Source: Nitrospirota bacterium (GTDB lineage Bacteria; Nitrospirota; RBG-16-64-22). From it: a DNA stretch of 55,251 nucleotides. The first letter of the stretch is position 1. Every line of letters starts with the position of its first letter. A program made the translations under genes and the position numbers. The notes beneath the pieces are model-generated. The model saw nothing but the letters and a program-made list of their open reading frames with translations. It did no database searches and was not told the DNA's origin. Shown here piece by piece: positions 37,139 through 45,718 of the stretch. The stretch covers positions 1-55,251 of the forward strand of contig JACPZO010000065.1 in the NCBI GenBank assembly GCA_016195465.1. The letters run 5' to 3'.

Positions 37139-37924
37139 ATGATCGGCGCTTCCAACACGACGTCCGCCGAGGTTCTTCCGCCCCGCCATGAGAGCGAGGC
37201 AAGGCATTCTCTCGAAGTGAAGGATCTCCGGAAGACGTACCGGGGCCGGGCCGTCGTGGACGGAGTGTCCCTCGGTCTTGCGTCGGGAGAGATCGTGGGT
37301 CTCCTGGGGCCGAACGGGGCCGGCAAGACGACGACGTTCTACATGGTCGTGGGGCTGGCCCGGCCGGACCAGGGTTCCATCCTGTACGACGGGCGGGACG
37401 TCACCGTCCTGCCGATGTACCGCCGGGCCCGCATGGGGATCGGCTATCTTCCCCAGGAGCCGTCGATCTTCCGGAAGATGGCCGTCGAGGAAAACATCCT
37501 GGCCGTCCTCGAGATGCTTCCCCTTTCGCCGGAGGGGCGGCGGGCCCGCCTGGCCGATCTCCTGGAGGACCTGGGGATCGCCCATCTGGCGCGGCACAGG
37601 GCGTACGCTCTCTCGGGCGGGGAGCGCCGCCGGGTCGAGATCGCGCGGGCGCTGGCCCTTTCGCCCGAGTTTATTTTGCTCGACGAGCCGTTTGCCGGAA
37701 TCGATCCGATCACCGTTTCGGAGATTCAAAAGATCGTGGCGCGCCTCAAGTCGCGGGGGATCGGCGTGTTCATCACGGACCACAACGTGGCCGCGACTCT
37801 CAAAATCACCGACAGGGCCTACATCATCAACGAGGGGAAGATCCTCAAGGAAGGGACGCCGGCGGAAATCGCGGGGAGCGCCCAAGTGAGGGCGGCGTAT
37901 CTGGGGGAGGATTTTTCTCTGTAG
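37139..37924 (+). CDS. lptB: LPS export ABC transporter ATP-binding protein
   Basis: GPNGAGKTTTFYMVVGL, PMYRRARMGIGYLPQEPSIFRKM, LSGGERRRVEIARAL and ILLDEPFAGIDP. Confidence 0.93.
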   Translation: MIGASNTTSAEVLPPRHESEARHSLEVKDLRKTYRGRAVVDGVSLGLASGEIVGLLGPNGAGKTTTFYMVVGLARPDQGSILYDGRDVTVLPMYRRARMGIGYLPQEPSIFRKMAVEENILAVLEMLPLSPEGRRARLADLLEDLGIAHLARHRAYALSGGERRRVEIARALALSPEFILLDEPFAGIDPITVSEIQKIVARLKSRGIGVFITDHNVAATLKITDRAYIINEGKILKEGTPAEIAGSAQVRAAYLGEDFSL

Positions 37925-37981
37925 GACGGCGGGCGAACGAATAGCTAAATGGGCAGAGGGATGAGATCTTGCTTCTTCTTC

Positions 37982-38013
37982 GATTCACCCATTCACCCAT
38001 TCACCGATTCACC
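37982..38013. repeat. four tandem octamers (G/C)ATTCACC directly upstream of rpoN
   Basis: GATTCACC CATTCACC CATTCACC GATTCACC. The reverse-complement array recurs at 53425-53456, and a two-unit remnant lies at about 51275-51288. Confidence 0.85.
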
Positions 38014-38024
38014 GTTTTCGGGGT

Positions 38025-39584
38025 TTGACATTGGCTCTTGAAGCGCGTCTCGATCTGAAGCTCTCGCAGAGGCTGGTGATGACGCCCCAGCTCCAGCTGG
38101 CGATCCGGCTTCTCCGGCTCTCGTACCTCGAGTTGACGGAGGCCATCACGCAGGAGCTGACGGAGAATCCATGCCTCGAGGAGACCGCCGTCGAGCTCGA
38201 TGAGGCCGACGCCGCCGCGGAGAGGTCGGACGAGGCGTCCGAGGGAGAAAGCGAGCGATCGGCCGAACGGGAAGCGGCCGCGGGAGAGGCGGGAGAAGAC
38301 GGGGGCGGAGCCGCGGCCGAGAGCGAGGCGGGCCGGGGCGACGAGACCGACGCTCCCATCATCGAAACCCGCTGGGACGAATATTTCGAGGAACGGGCGA
38401 GCGACGGACGGGACCTCGGATACATGGGACCGGACCGCGACGAGGACATGCCGTCGTACGACCGCACGCTGGCGAACCGGGAAACGCTGACCGATCACCT
38501 CCTCTGGCAGGTGCGGTTCACGGAGGCGAGCCCGTCCGAGCGCGAGGCTTGCGAAGCCATCATCGGGAACCTGGATGAAAACGGTTATCTCGAGGCTTCG
38601 GTCGAGGACCTGGTCAAGCTGACGGGACAGAGTCTGGAGGAGATCGAGGCGGCCATCCGCGTCGTCCAGGGATTCGATCCGCCGGGCGTCGGCGCCCGGA
38701 CGCTCGCCGAGTGCCTCCTTCTCCAGCTTCCCGGCCTGGGTCTTTGCGGAACGCTGGTCGAGGCGATCATCCGGGACCACCTGGCGGACCTGGAGAAGAA
38801 GCGGTACGACCGGATCGCGAAGGCCCAGCGGACAACGATCGAGGATGTTTCGGAGGCGGCCCGGACGATCGCCCGCCTGGAACCCCGTCCGGGCCGCCCC
38901 TTCGACCGCGCGGCGCCGACGTACGTCATCCCGGATGTCCACATCGTGAAGGAGGACGACCGGTACATCATCCTTCTGAACGAGGACGGGATCCCGGCGC
39001 TCCATATCTCCGGTTTCTACAAGGATCTGATGCGCCAGAGGGCTCTTCCTCCCGAAGAGAGGGGATACCTGGAGGACCGCTACCGGTCGGCGCAGTGGTT
39101 CATCAAGTCGATCCAACAGCGGAACAGAACGATCTACCGGGTGACGGAAAGCATCCTCAAGTTCCAGCGGGACTTCTTCGACTATGGGATCCGCTATCTC
39201 AAGCCGCTCGTCCTTCGGGACGTGGCGGAGGACGTCGGGATGCACGAGTCGACGATCAGCCGGGTCACGGCCACCAAGTATATGAGCACGCCGCGGGGGC
39301 TCCTTGCCTTCAAGTTTTTTTTCTCGAGCGGGCTCGCGTCGTCATCGGGCGTGGATGTCTCATCCGTTTCGGTCCGGGACATGATCCAGAAGATCATCCA
39401 GAACGAGCCGACGGACCGTCCCTTGGCCGACCAGTCGATCGAGGAGATCCTGAAGAAACAGGGGATCGAGATCGCCCGGCGGACCGTGGCGAAGTATCGC
39501 GGGGAACTGAGGATTCCGACCGCGGGCCGGCGAAGGGTCCGCGTCCCGGGTTCGAAGAAGACGATCCCGGCGGCGGGGGAGTGA
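38025..39584 (+). CDS. rpoN: RNA polymerase sigma-54 factor
   Basis: The N-terminal region I reads LEARLDLKLSQRLVMTPQLQLAIRLL. An acidic region II follows. The C-terminal RpoN box is ARRTVAKYR. TTG start at 38025. Confidence 0.95.
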   Translation: MTLALEARLDLKLSQRLVMTPQLQLAIRLLRLSYLELTEAITQELTENPCLEETAVELDEADAAAERSDEASEGESERSAEREAAAGEAGEDGGGAAAESEAGRGDETDAPIIETRWDEYFEERASDGRDLGYMGPDRDEDMPSYDRTLANRETLTDHLLWQVRFTEASPSEREACEAIIGNLDENGYLEASVEDLVKLTGQSLEEIEAAIRVVQGFDPPGVGARTLAECLLLQLPGLGLCGTLVEAIIRDHLADLEKKRYDRIAKAQRTTIEDVSEAARTIARLEPRPGRPFDRAAPTYVIPDVHIVKEDDRYIILLNEDGIPALHISGFYKDLMRQRALPPEERGYLEDRYRSAQWFIKSIQQRNRTIYRVTESILKFQRDFFDYGIRYLKPLVLRDVAEDVGMHESTISRVTATKYMSTPRGLLAFKFFFSSGLASSSGVDVSSVSVRDMIQKIIQNEPTDRPLADQSIEEILKKQGIEIARRTVAKYRGELRIPTAGRRRVRVPGSKKTIPAAGE

Positions 39585-39586
39585 GA

Positions 39587-39649
39587 ATTGTAAATTGGAA
39601 ATTGACGATTGGAAATTGTAAATTGGAAATTGTAAATTGAAAATTGAAA
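39587..39649. repeat. nine tandem ATTGNAA-type heptamers immediately after the rpoN stop
   Basis: ATTGTAA ATTGGAA ATTGACG ATTGGAA ATTGTAA ATTGGAA ATTGTAA ATTGAAA ATTGAAA. Confidence 0.9.
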
Positions 39650-39692
39650 AGAAGGTCGGGGCCCGGGATGGCCTTTCAATGTTGATGGAGGG

Positions 39693-40163
39693 TTGACGGT
39701 GCGCTCGGTGACGGAGGAATGCCGGCCGGATCTTATCCTGGCCGGGCTCAAGGGGCGGACGCGGGAAGAGGTCTTGAGGGAGCTCGCTTCCTGTCTCGTC
39801 CGGGCGGGAATCGTCAAGGAGGAAGCTCTCCTGGTTGAGGCCCTCCTGGCGCGGGAAGACCTCGGGAGCACGGGCGTCGGTGACGGCGTGGCGATTCCGC
39901 ATGCCCGCGTGCCGGCTATCGATCATCCGGTGCTGGTCGTCGGCCGGTCGACGCAGGGAGTCGATTTCAAGTCACTCGACGGCAAACCCGCCGACCTCTT
40001 CTTCCTCATCCTGACGCCCGACGGCAAGACGGGCGAGCATCTTCAGGCATTGGCCCAAATCTCGCGCCTCCTGAGACGGGCGGCGCTCAGGGAGGCCCTC
40101 CGGCGTGCGGACTCAGCCGAGTCGATCCTCAAGGTCCTCAAAGAGTCTTCCGAAGAAGGCTGA
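39693..40163 (+). CDS. ptsN: PTS IIA-like nitrogen regulatory protein
   Basis: EDLGSTGVGDGVAIPHARV is the EIIA-Ntr active-site His context. The position downstream of rpoN fits. Confidence 0.85.
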   Translation: MTVRSVTEECRPDLILAGLKGRTREEVLRELASCLVRAGIVKEEALLVEALLAREDLGSTGVGDGVAIPHARVPAIDHPVLVVGRSTQGVDFKSLDGKPADLFFLILTPDGKTGEHLQALAQISRLLRRAALREALRRADSAESILKVLKESSEEG

Positions 40164-40725
40164 TCGGCCGGTCCGGCAGGCCGCGGCCGAAGCGACGCGG
40201 ACGGTCAGCGGGACGTGCGTCGTCGTCGACGGGACCGGCGTCCTCTTGACGGGGCCGTCCGGGATCGGGAAGAGCGAGACGGCGCTGGCTTTGATCTCGA
40301 TGGGGCACCGGTTCGTGGCGGACGACGTGGTCCGCGTGCGCGTGGGCAAGGGCGGCCGGATCTTCGGGAGCGGTTTCGTGCCCGCCCGTCCGGTCATCGA
40401 GATTCGAGGTCTCGGCGTCATGGACATCTCGCGGGTCTACGGACCGCGGGCGGTCGCGGGCGAGGCGGACATGGATCTGGTCGTCGAGTTCGTTCCCGCG
40501 GAGGGATGGGCGGCATCCGATCCCTTGGTCGGGATTCACCCCGTCGGGCTTGCCGGCCGGGACGTGGCGGGCGTCCGGATCCCCGTCTCACCCGGGCGGA
40601 GCCTCCCCATCCTGGTCGAGGCGGCCGTCCAGTTGTTCCGTCTCTACCGGCGGGGGATCGATCCGTCCGGCGGGTTCGGCCGTTCGCTGGATCGCAAGCT
40701 CGCCCGGGGACGAAGGGGGAGTTGA
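40105..40725 (+). CDS. hprK: HPr kinase/phosphorylase, short form (C-terminal catalytic domain only)
   Basis: VVVDGTGVLLTGPSGIGKSETALALISMGHRFVADD (P-loop) and EIRGLG. The start is uncertain. The only in-frame start codon is GTG 40105, which overlaps ptsN by 59 nt. Confidence 0.75.
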   Translation: MRTQPSRSSRSSKSLPKKADRPVRQAAAEATRTVSGTCVVVDGTGVLLTGPSGIGKSETALALISMGHRFVADDVVRVRVGKGGRIFGSGFVPARPVIEIRGLGVMDISRVYGPRAVAGEADMDLVVEFVPAEGWAASDPLVGIHPVGLAGRDVAGVRIPVSPGRSLPILVEAAVQLFRLYRRGIDPSGGFGRSLDRKLARGRRGS

Positions 40726-40726
40726 C

Positions 40727-41659
40727 GTGCGGATCGTGATAGTGAGCGGGATGTCGGGAGCGGGGAAGAGCCACGCCATCCGGATCCTGGAGGACTTGGG
40801 GTTCTATTGCGTCGACAACCTTCCGGTGATGCTCCTGGCGACGTTCGCGGACCTCTGCCGGCAGTCCTCGCACGAGATCTCGAAGGCGGCGCTGGGCGTC
40901 GACATCCGGGAGCGGGAGTTTCTCAAGGAACTGCCGGCGGCCGTGCGCCTTCTCACGTCGAAGGGGATCCACGTGGACCTGATCTATCTGGAAGCGGCGG
41001 ACGACGTGCTGGTCCGCCGCTTCCGCGAGTCCCGCCGGCCGCATCCGCTCGGGATCGATATTCCGCTCGCGGAGGGGATCGCGCGGGAGAGGGCCGTTCT
41101 GGCCGAGATCCGGAGCGCCGCGGACCTCGTGATCGACACGTCCAGCCTGAGCGTGAGGCGGCTCCGGGATCTGATCGAGGAGTACATGGGCCGGGTCGCG
41201 GCGGAGCGCGGGATGCAGGTGAGCCTCCTTTCTTTCGGCTACAAGTTCGGCGTTCCGAACGACGCCGACGTCGTTCTCGATCTGCGCTTTCTTCCCAACC
41301 CGTTCTTCGTGGAGGGACTGCGGGACCTGACCGGGAACGATCCGTCGGTGTCGTCCTACGTCCTCGACCGGCCGGAGACCTCGCAGTTCCTGGACCGCCT
41401 TCGGTCGTTCCTCGACTACCTTCTGCCGCTCTACCAGCAGGAGGGGAAATCGTACCTGACGATCGCCCTGGGATGCACGGGGGGCCGGCACCGCTCGGTC
41501 GCCGTGGTCAACCGACTGGCCGACGAGCTTCGCGGCCGGGGGCGGTCGGTCGTGGTCCGGCACCGCGACCTTTCCCCCGCGGAAACGGGATGCGAGGCGG
41601 TCGAAACCCCTCTCCCCATGGGAGAGGGCCGGGTGAGGGGCGGAGAGGTGGGGCGATGA
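40727..41659 (+). CDS. rapZ: RNase adapter protein RapZ (YhbJ family)
   Basis: VRIVIVSGMSGAGKSHAIRILEDLGFYCVDNLP and GCTGGRHRSV. The C-terminal tail PLPMGEGRVRGGEVGR is encoded by a palindromic repeat remnant. Confidence 0.9.
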   Translation: MRIVIVSGMSGAGKSHAIRILEDLGFYCVDNLPVMLLATFADLCRQSSHEISKAALGVDIREREFLKELPAAVRLLTSKGIHVDLIYLEAADDVLVRRFRESRRPHPLGIDIPLAEGIARERAVLAEIRSAADLVIDTSSLSVRRLRDLIEEYMGRVAAERGMQVSLLSFGYKFGVPNDADVVLDLRFLPNPFFVEGLRDLTGNDPSVSSYVLDRPETSQFLDRLRSFLDYLLPLYQQEGKSYLTIALGCTGGRHRSVAVVNRLADELRGRGRSVVVRHRDLSPAETGCEAVETPLPMGEGRVRGGEVGR

Positions 41660-42072
41660 CGGGCGTCATCCTTGTCTGTCACGGCGATCTGGGACGCCAG
41701 CTCGTGAAGGTGGCCGAATCGATCGTGGGCGAGTCCGGCTCCGTCAGGGTCGTCTCGATCTCTCAGGAGCGGGCGGCCATGGAGGCGGCGCGAAAGGAAA
41801 TCGAACAGGCGATCCGCGCCGCCGACTCGGGGGGCGGGGTCTTGATCCTGACCGACATGTTCGGGGGGACACCTTCCAACTTCGCGCTTTCTTTCCTGAC
41901 GGACGGCAAGGTGGAGGTGGTGACGGGCGTGAATCTCCCCATGCTGATCAAGGCCCTCTCCCATCGGGAGAGGCGCTCGGCCCGGGATCTGGCGGGGCTG
42001 GTGCGCGACGCCGGCGTCTCCAGCATCATCGTGGCCTCGGCGCTCATCGCGCCGGTCGAGGGTGGGTCGTGA
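41656..42072 (+). CDS. PTS EIIA component, mannose/fructose family
   Basis: MTGVILVCHGDLGRQL (active-site His) and LTDMFGGTPSN. Confidence 0.85.
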   Translation: MTGVILVCHGDLGRQLVKVAESIVGESGSVRVVSISQERAAMEAARKEIEQAIRAADSGGGVLILTDMFGGTPSNFALSFLTDGKVEVVTGVNLPMLIKALSHRERRSARDLAGLVRDAGVSSIIVASALIAPVEGGS

Positions 42073-42338
42073 TCCGGCGCGCCGTCCGCGTGAGGAACCG
42101 GCTCGGGATTCACGCCCGGGCCGCGGCGGCGATCGTCCAGCGGGCCAACCGGTTCCAGGCGGAGGTCGCGATCGAGCGCAACGGCGCGCGCGTGAACGGG
42201 AAGTCGATCCTGGGGATCATGATGCTCGCGGCCGCGGCGGGCACGGAGATCGTCATCGCGGCTCAGGGGCCGGACGAGCGCGAGGCCGTGACGGCGCTCG
42301 TCGATCTTGTCGAGGACCGCTTCGGGGAACCGGAGTGA
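42069..42338 (+). CDS. ptsH: phosphocarrier protein HPr
   Basis: NRLGIHARAA (His15 context) and NGKSILGIMML (Ser46 context). 89 aa. Confidence 0.92.
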   Translation: MIRRAVRVRNRLGIHARAAAAIVQRANRFQAEVAIERNGARVNGKSILGIMMLAAAAGTEIVIAAQGPDEREAVTALVDLVEDRFGEPE

Positions 42339-44125
42339 TGGCCGCCGGACCGCGGAAAGAAGTCCTCACGGGCGTCGGCGTCTCGCCGGGGATCGTCACG
42401 GGGACGGCGTACATCCTCTCGCGCGAGAGGATGAGCGTCAACCGGCGCGACCTCCGCCCCGACGACGTCCCGGTCGAGATCGCCCGGTTCAAGCGGGCCG
42501 TCTCCACGTCGAAGGACCAACTCGAGGATATCCGGCAGAGGGCCACGCACGCCATCGGCCGGGAGCACGCCTACATCATCGACACGCACATCCTGATCCT
42601 GGAGGACCGGGCGCTGGTTAACGGCACGCTCCAGGAGATCCAGTCCTCGCGCGTGAACGCCGAGTGGGCGCTCAAGAGGGTGTCGGGGGACTTCATCAAG
42701 ATCTTCGAGCAGATCGAAGACGAGTACCTCCGGAACCGTCGGGCCGACGTGGAGCACGTCGTGGAGAGGATCCTCCGGAACCTGCTGGGGAACCCCGCGG
42801 AGGGCGTTCCCGATCTCCCCCACGCCGTCATCATCGTCGCGCACGACCTGACGCCGTCGGACACGCTTCAGCTTAAACGGGAACAGGTCGTCGGGTTCGT
42901 CACGGACATTGGAGGGCGGACCTCGCACACGGCCATCATGGCGCGTTCGCTCGAGATCCCGGCCGTCGTGGCCCTCGGGGACGCGACGGGGCGGATCAAG
43001 AGCGGCGATCCCGTGATCCTGGATGGAACGCGGGGCATCGTCGTCCTGAACCCGGACCCGGGGACCTTCCTCGAGTACCTGGAGCGGCAGCGCCGCTACA
43101 TCACTCACGACCGCGAGCTCGCGAAGCTGCGCGACATGCCCGCCAGGACGGTGGACGGGTTCGAAGTCCGTCTGCTCGCGAATCTGGACGTTTCGGACGA
43201 TGTGCAAAGCGTGCTCGATCACGGCGCGGCGGGGATCGGCCTGTTCCGAACGGAGTTCCTGTACATGAATCGCGCCACCTTGCCGACGGAGGAGGAACAG
43301 TTCGAGGCGTACCGGCAGGTGGCGGAGAGGTTCTATCCCCACCCGGTTGTCTTCCGGACGCTGGACGTCGGCTCCGACAAGATCGCAGACGCGATGGAGA
43401 AGCGTCCGGAGGCCAATCCCGCCCTTGGGCTCAGGGCGATCCGCCTCTGCCTGAAGAACATCGGCCTGTTCCGGACCCAGCTCCGGGCGATCCTTCGCGC
43501 GTCCGCCTACGGCGACGCGCGCATCCTCTTCCCGATGATCTCCGGTCTGGACGAGCTCCGGATGGCGAAGTACATCCTGGACGAGGTCCGGCGGGAGATG
43601 ATCGAGGAGGAGATCCCGTTCAAGGAGGATATCAAGGTCGGGGCCATGATCGAGATTCCGTCCGCCGCCGTGATCGCGGACCTGATCGCCCGCGAGGCCG
43701 ATTTCTTCTCGGTGGGGACGAACGACCTGATCCAATACGCGATGGCCATCGACCGTCAGAACGAAAACGTTGCGTATCTGTACGAACCGCTGCATCCGGC
43801 GGTCCTCCGCCTCGTTCGGCACATCGTGGAGAGCGGCCGCGCCGCGGGGATCCCCGTGGCGATGTGCGGAGAGATGGCGGGCGATCCGTTGTTTTCGGTC
43901 ATCCTGCTGGGGCTGGGGTTCGACGAGCTGTCGATGATCGGGCTGTCGGTCCCGAGGGTCAAGAAGATCATCCGGTCGGTCACGATGGACGAATCCCGCC
44001 TTCTGGTGGCGCGGGCGCTCGACTGCAAGACGGCGGCGGAAGCCCAGGAGACGGTTTACGCCTTTATGCGGGCCCGCTTCCCGGAGGAGATCACGTCGGA
44101 GGGAGAGCAGATCTTCCAGCCGTGA
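42338..44125 (+). CDS. ptsI: phosphoenolpyruvate--protein phosphotransferase (Enzyme I)
   Basis: GGRTSHTAIMARSLEIPAVV (active-site His), GLFRTEFLY and the PEP-utilising C-terminal domain CGEMAGDP. Confidence 0.93.
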   Translation: MAAGPRKEVLTGVGVSPGIVTGTAYILSRERMSVNRRDLRPDDVPVEIARFKRAVSTSKDQLEDIRQRATHAIGREHAYIIDTHILILEDRALVNGTLQEIQSSRVNAEWALKRVSGDFIKIFEQIEDEYLRNRRADVEHVVERILRNLLGNPAEGVPDLPHAVIIVAHDLTPSDTLQLKREQVVGFVTDIGGRTSHTAIMARSLEIPAVVALGDATGRIKSGDPVILDGTRGIVVLNPDPGTFLEYLERQRRYITHDRELAKLRDMPARTVDGFEVRLLANLDVSDDVQSVLDHGAAGIGLFRTEFLYMNRATLPTEEEQFEAYRQVAERFYPHPVVFRTLDVGSDKIADAMEKRPEANPALGLRAIRLCLKNIGLFRTQLRAILRASAYGDARILFPMISGLDELRMAKYILDEVRREMIEEEIPFKEDIKVGAMIEIPSAAVIADLIAREADFFSVGTNDLIQYAMAIDRQNENVAYLYEPLHPAVLRLVRHIVESGRAAGIPVAMCGEMAGDPLFSVILLGLGFDELSMIGLSVPRVKKIIRSVTMDESRLLVARALDCKTAAEAQETVYAFMRARFPEEITSEGEQIFQP

Positions 44126-44167
44126 ACCCGCCCGGGAGGAAGAATCCCGCGGGCGTTGCGTGCGATA

Positions 44168-44196
44168 TTGACACCGGCGGCGGGGAATGGTATGTA
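44168..44196 (+). promoter_or_regulatory. putative sigma-70-type promoter (TTGACA-N17-TATGTA)
   Basis: A perfect -35 hexamer at 44168-44173 and, 17 nt later, TATGTA at 44191-44196. It lies about 200 nt upstream of the DsrE-like gene. Confidence 0.3.
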
Positions 44197-44251
44197 TCGG
44201 GTCGTTCCGGCCGCTCGCGACGGCGGCCGGACGCGCAGGACGAAAGGCCAT

Positions 44252-44304
44252 GACCGCCTTATCCATCGGACGGGTGCGTGACGATGGGGGGCGGTCTTTT
44301 CGTT
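44252..44304 (+). terminator. stem-loop followed by TTTTCGTT (ptsI operon terminator or leader attenuator)
   Basis: GACCGCC (44252-44258) pairs with GGCGGTC (44290-44296). An inner CCATCG/CGATGG stem extends it. TTTTCGTT follows at 44297-44304. Confidence 0.45.
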
Positions 44305-44393
44305 CCGGTTGTTCGGCATGGAGCCTCGATGGGGGAGGGACCCCGGTTTCATCGCGGCGCGGCGCCGAGCGCGGACGCGCCGAGGGGGGAGAG

Positions 44394-45002
44394 ATGGAGA
44401 CGCGGACGGAGTCGATCGCAGAGGAAGAGATCGAAAGACGGATCAAGCGGTTCGTGGACGACCGGATCGTGGAGGCGACGCGGAAGCTTTATGACAACAT
44501 CAACCCCCGGATCGAGGAGCTGAAAAAGAAGCTGGCCAACCAGAACCGGATGGCCATCATCGCGTCCAAGGGGTCGCTCGACATGGCGTACCCTCCGCTC
44601 ATCCTGGCGACGACGGCGCGGTCGATGGGACTCGAAGCGGGGATCTTCTTTACCTTCTTCGGGCTCGACATCATCAATCGGAAGAAGAACAAGTCGCTCA
44701 AGGTTTCGGCGGTCGGAAACCCCGCCATGCCGGTCCCGATGCCGACGCTCCTCGGGGCGCTGCCGGGCATGGAAGCGATGGGGACGATGATGATGAACAG
44801 CTGGATGTCGAAGCAGAGCGTCCCCAGCGTCCCGCAACTCCTGGAAATGGCCCAGGAGAGCGGCGTTCGCCTCGTCGCCTGCCAGATGACGATGGACGTG
44901 ATGGGGACCAAAGCCGAAGATCTCATTCCCGGTCTCGATTTCGGAGGCGTGGCGACTTTTGTCGAATTTGCCGAGGGGGCGGGCATTACGCTCTTCGTGT
45001 GA
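44394..45002 (+). CDS. DsrE/DsrF-like family protein
   Basis: METRTES... with MAIIASKGSLDMAYPPLILATTARSMGLEAGIFFTFFGL and CQMTMDVMG, typical of the DsrE_2-type family. Confidence 0.7.
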   Translation: METRTESIAEEEIERRIKRFVDDRIVEATRKLYDNINPRIEELKKKLANQNRMAIIASKGSLDMAYPPLILATTARSMGLEAGIFFTFFGLDIINRKKNKSLKVSAVGNPAMPVPMPTLLGALPGMEAMGTMMMNSWMSKQSVPSVPQLLEMAQESGVRLVACQMTMDVMGTKAEDLIPGLDFGGVATFVEFAEGAGITLFV

Positions 45003-45457
45003 GGATGCAAGGCATGTTCGACCAGACGATCGTTCCCCGCCGGACGGAGGCGGGCGAGGCCGCGATGGAGGACCGGGCGGCGGCGCTGTCGCTCGTCGCG
45101 CGAAACCTCCTCGTGGTCGTGGACGGCCGGAAAACGGTCCGGGACCTGTTGTACATGTTCCGGGGCCGCGAAGGCGTGGAAAGCGCCCTGGAAGACCTGT
45201 TCGAGCGCGGATACATCGCCGGCGGCGTCGGCGGTCCCGCCGAGGCGTCCGATGAGACCCGGCGTCTCGCGGAACACGCCCGAAGCCATCTGGGCGTCAA
45301 GTCGGCCCCCTTCGTCAAGAGGCTGAACGACCTGGTGAGCCGGGACGGGTCGCTCACGAACGACGGCTTCAAGGAGTTGATAAGCTGGGCCCGGACGATG
45401 TACGGCTCGATAGAAGTGGATTCGTTCCTGGAGGAATTCGGCCGGGGCGGGAGCTAG
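44999..45457 (+). CDS. hypothetical protein
   Basis: 152-aa ORF coupled by a GTGA overlap to the DsrE-like gene. No recognisable motif. Confidence 0.5.
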   Translation: MRMQGMFDQTIVPRRTEAGEAAMEDRAAALSLVARNLLVVVDGRKTVRDLLYMFRGREGVESALEDLFERGYIAGGVGGPAEASDETRRLAEHARSHLGVKSAPFVKRLNDLVSRDGSLTNDGFKELISWARTMYGSIEVDSFLEEFGRGGS

Positions 45458-45497
45458 TATCCGAACCCATTGATTACGGAACATCCTCCGCAGATGC

Positions 45498-45601
45498 GTA
45501 GGTTGGGTTAGGCGCGGTCTTTTGCGCCGTAACCCAACAAAACCATTCTGGCGAATATTCGGTTTGTTGGGTTACGCGACAAAGCCGCTAACCCAACCTA
45601 C
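45498..45601. repeat. double TAACCCAAC-type palindrome (cruciform-capable)
   Basis: The sequence is GTAGGTTGGGTTA...GTAACCCAAC ... GTTGGGTTAC...TAACCCAACCTAC. It forms two hairpins (45501-45538 and 45565-45597), and the outer arms are also mutually complementary. Confidence 0.85.
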
Positions 45602-45607
45602 ATGACT

Positions 45608-45688
45608 TTGAAATTTCCAATTTCCAATTTCCAATCGCCCTGGTGACCTAAGGACCACGAAAGGCTCATTGAAAATTGGAAATTGTAA
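45608..45688. repeat. inverted ATTGNAA heptamer arrays
   Basis: Four units in reverse orientation at 45608-45635 (TTGAAAT TTCCAAT x3). Three forward units at 45668-45688 (ATTGAAA ATTGGAA ATTGTAA). The arms are 19/21 complementary. Confidence 0.85.
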
Positions 45689-45718
45689 AGCGAAAGAACA
45701 CGGAGAAGGAGTCCCCCC

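Noticed and set aside
42263-44446. Very long antisense ORFs opposite real genes. Examples are 42263..44446, 26365..28437, 28197..30149, 23367..25229, 47985..49652, 49723..51240, 38001..39245, 51319..52584, 46849..48105 and 22348..23667, plus 2088..3383 and 3426..4550 on the plus strand.
   Set aside because: This is a typical high-GC artefact. The compositions are dominated by R, P, G, D and E with no recognisable motifs, and each lies opposite a confidently identified gene.
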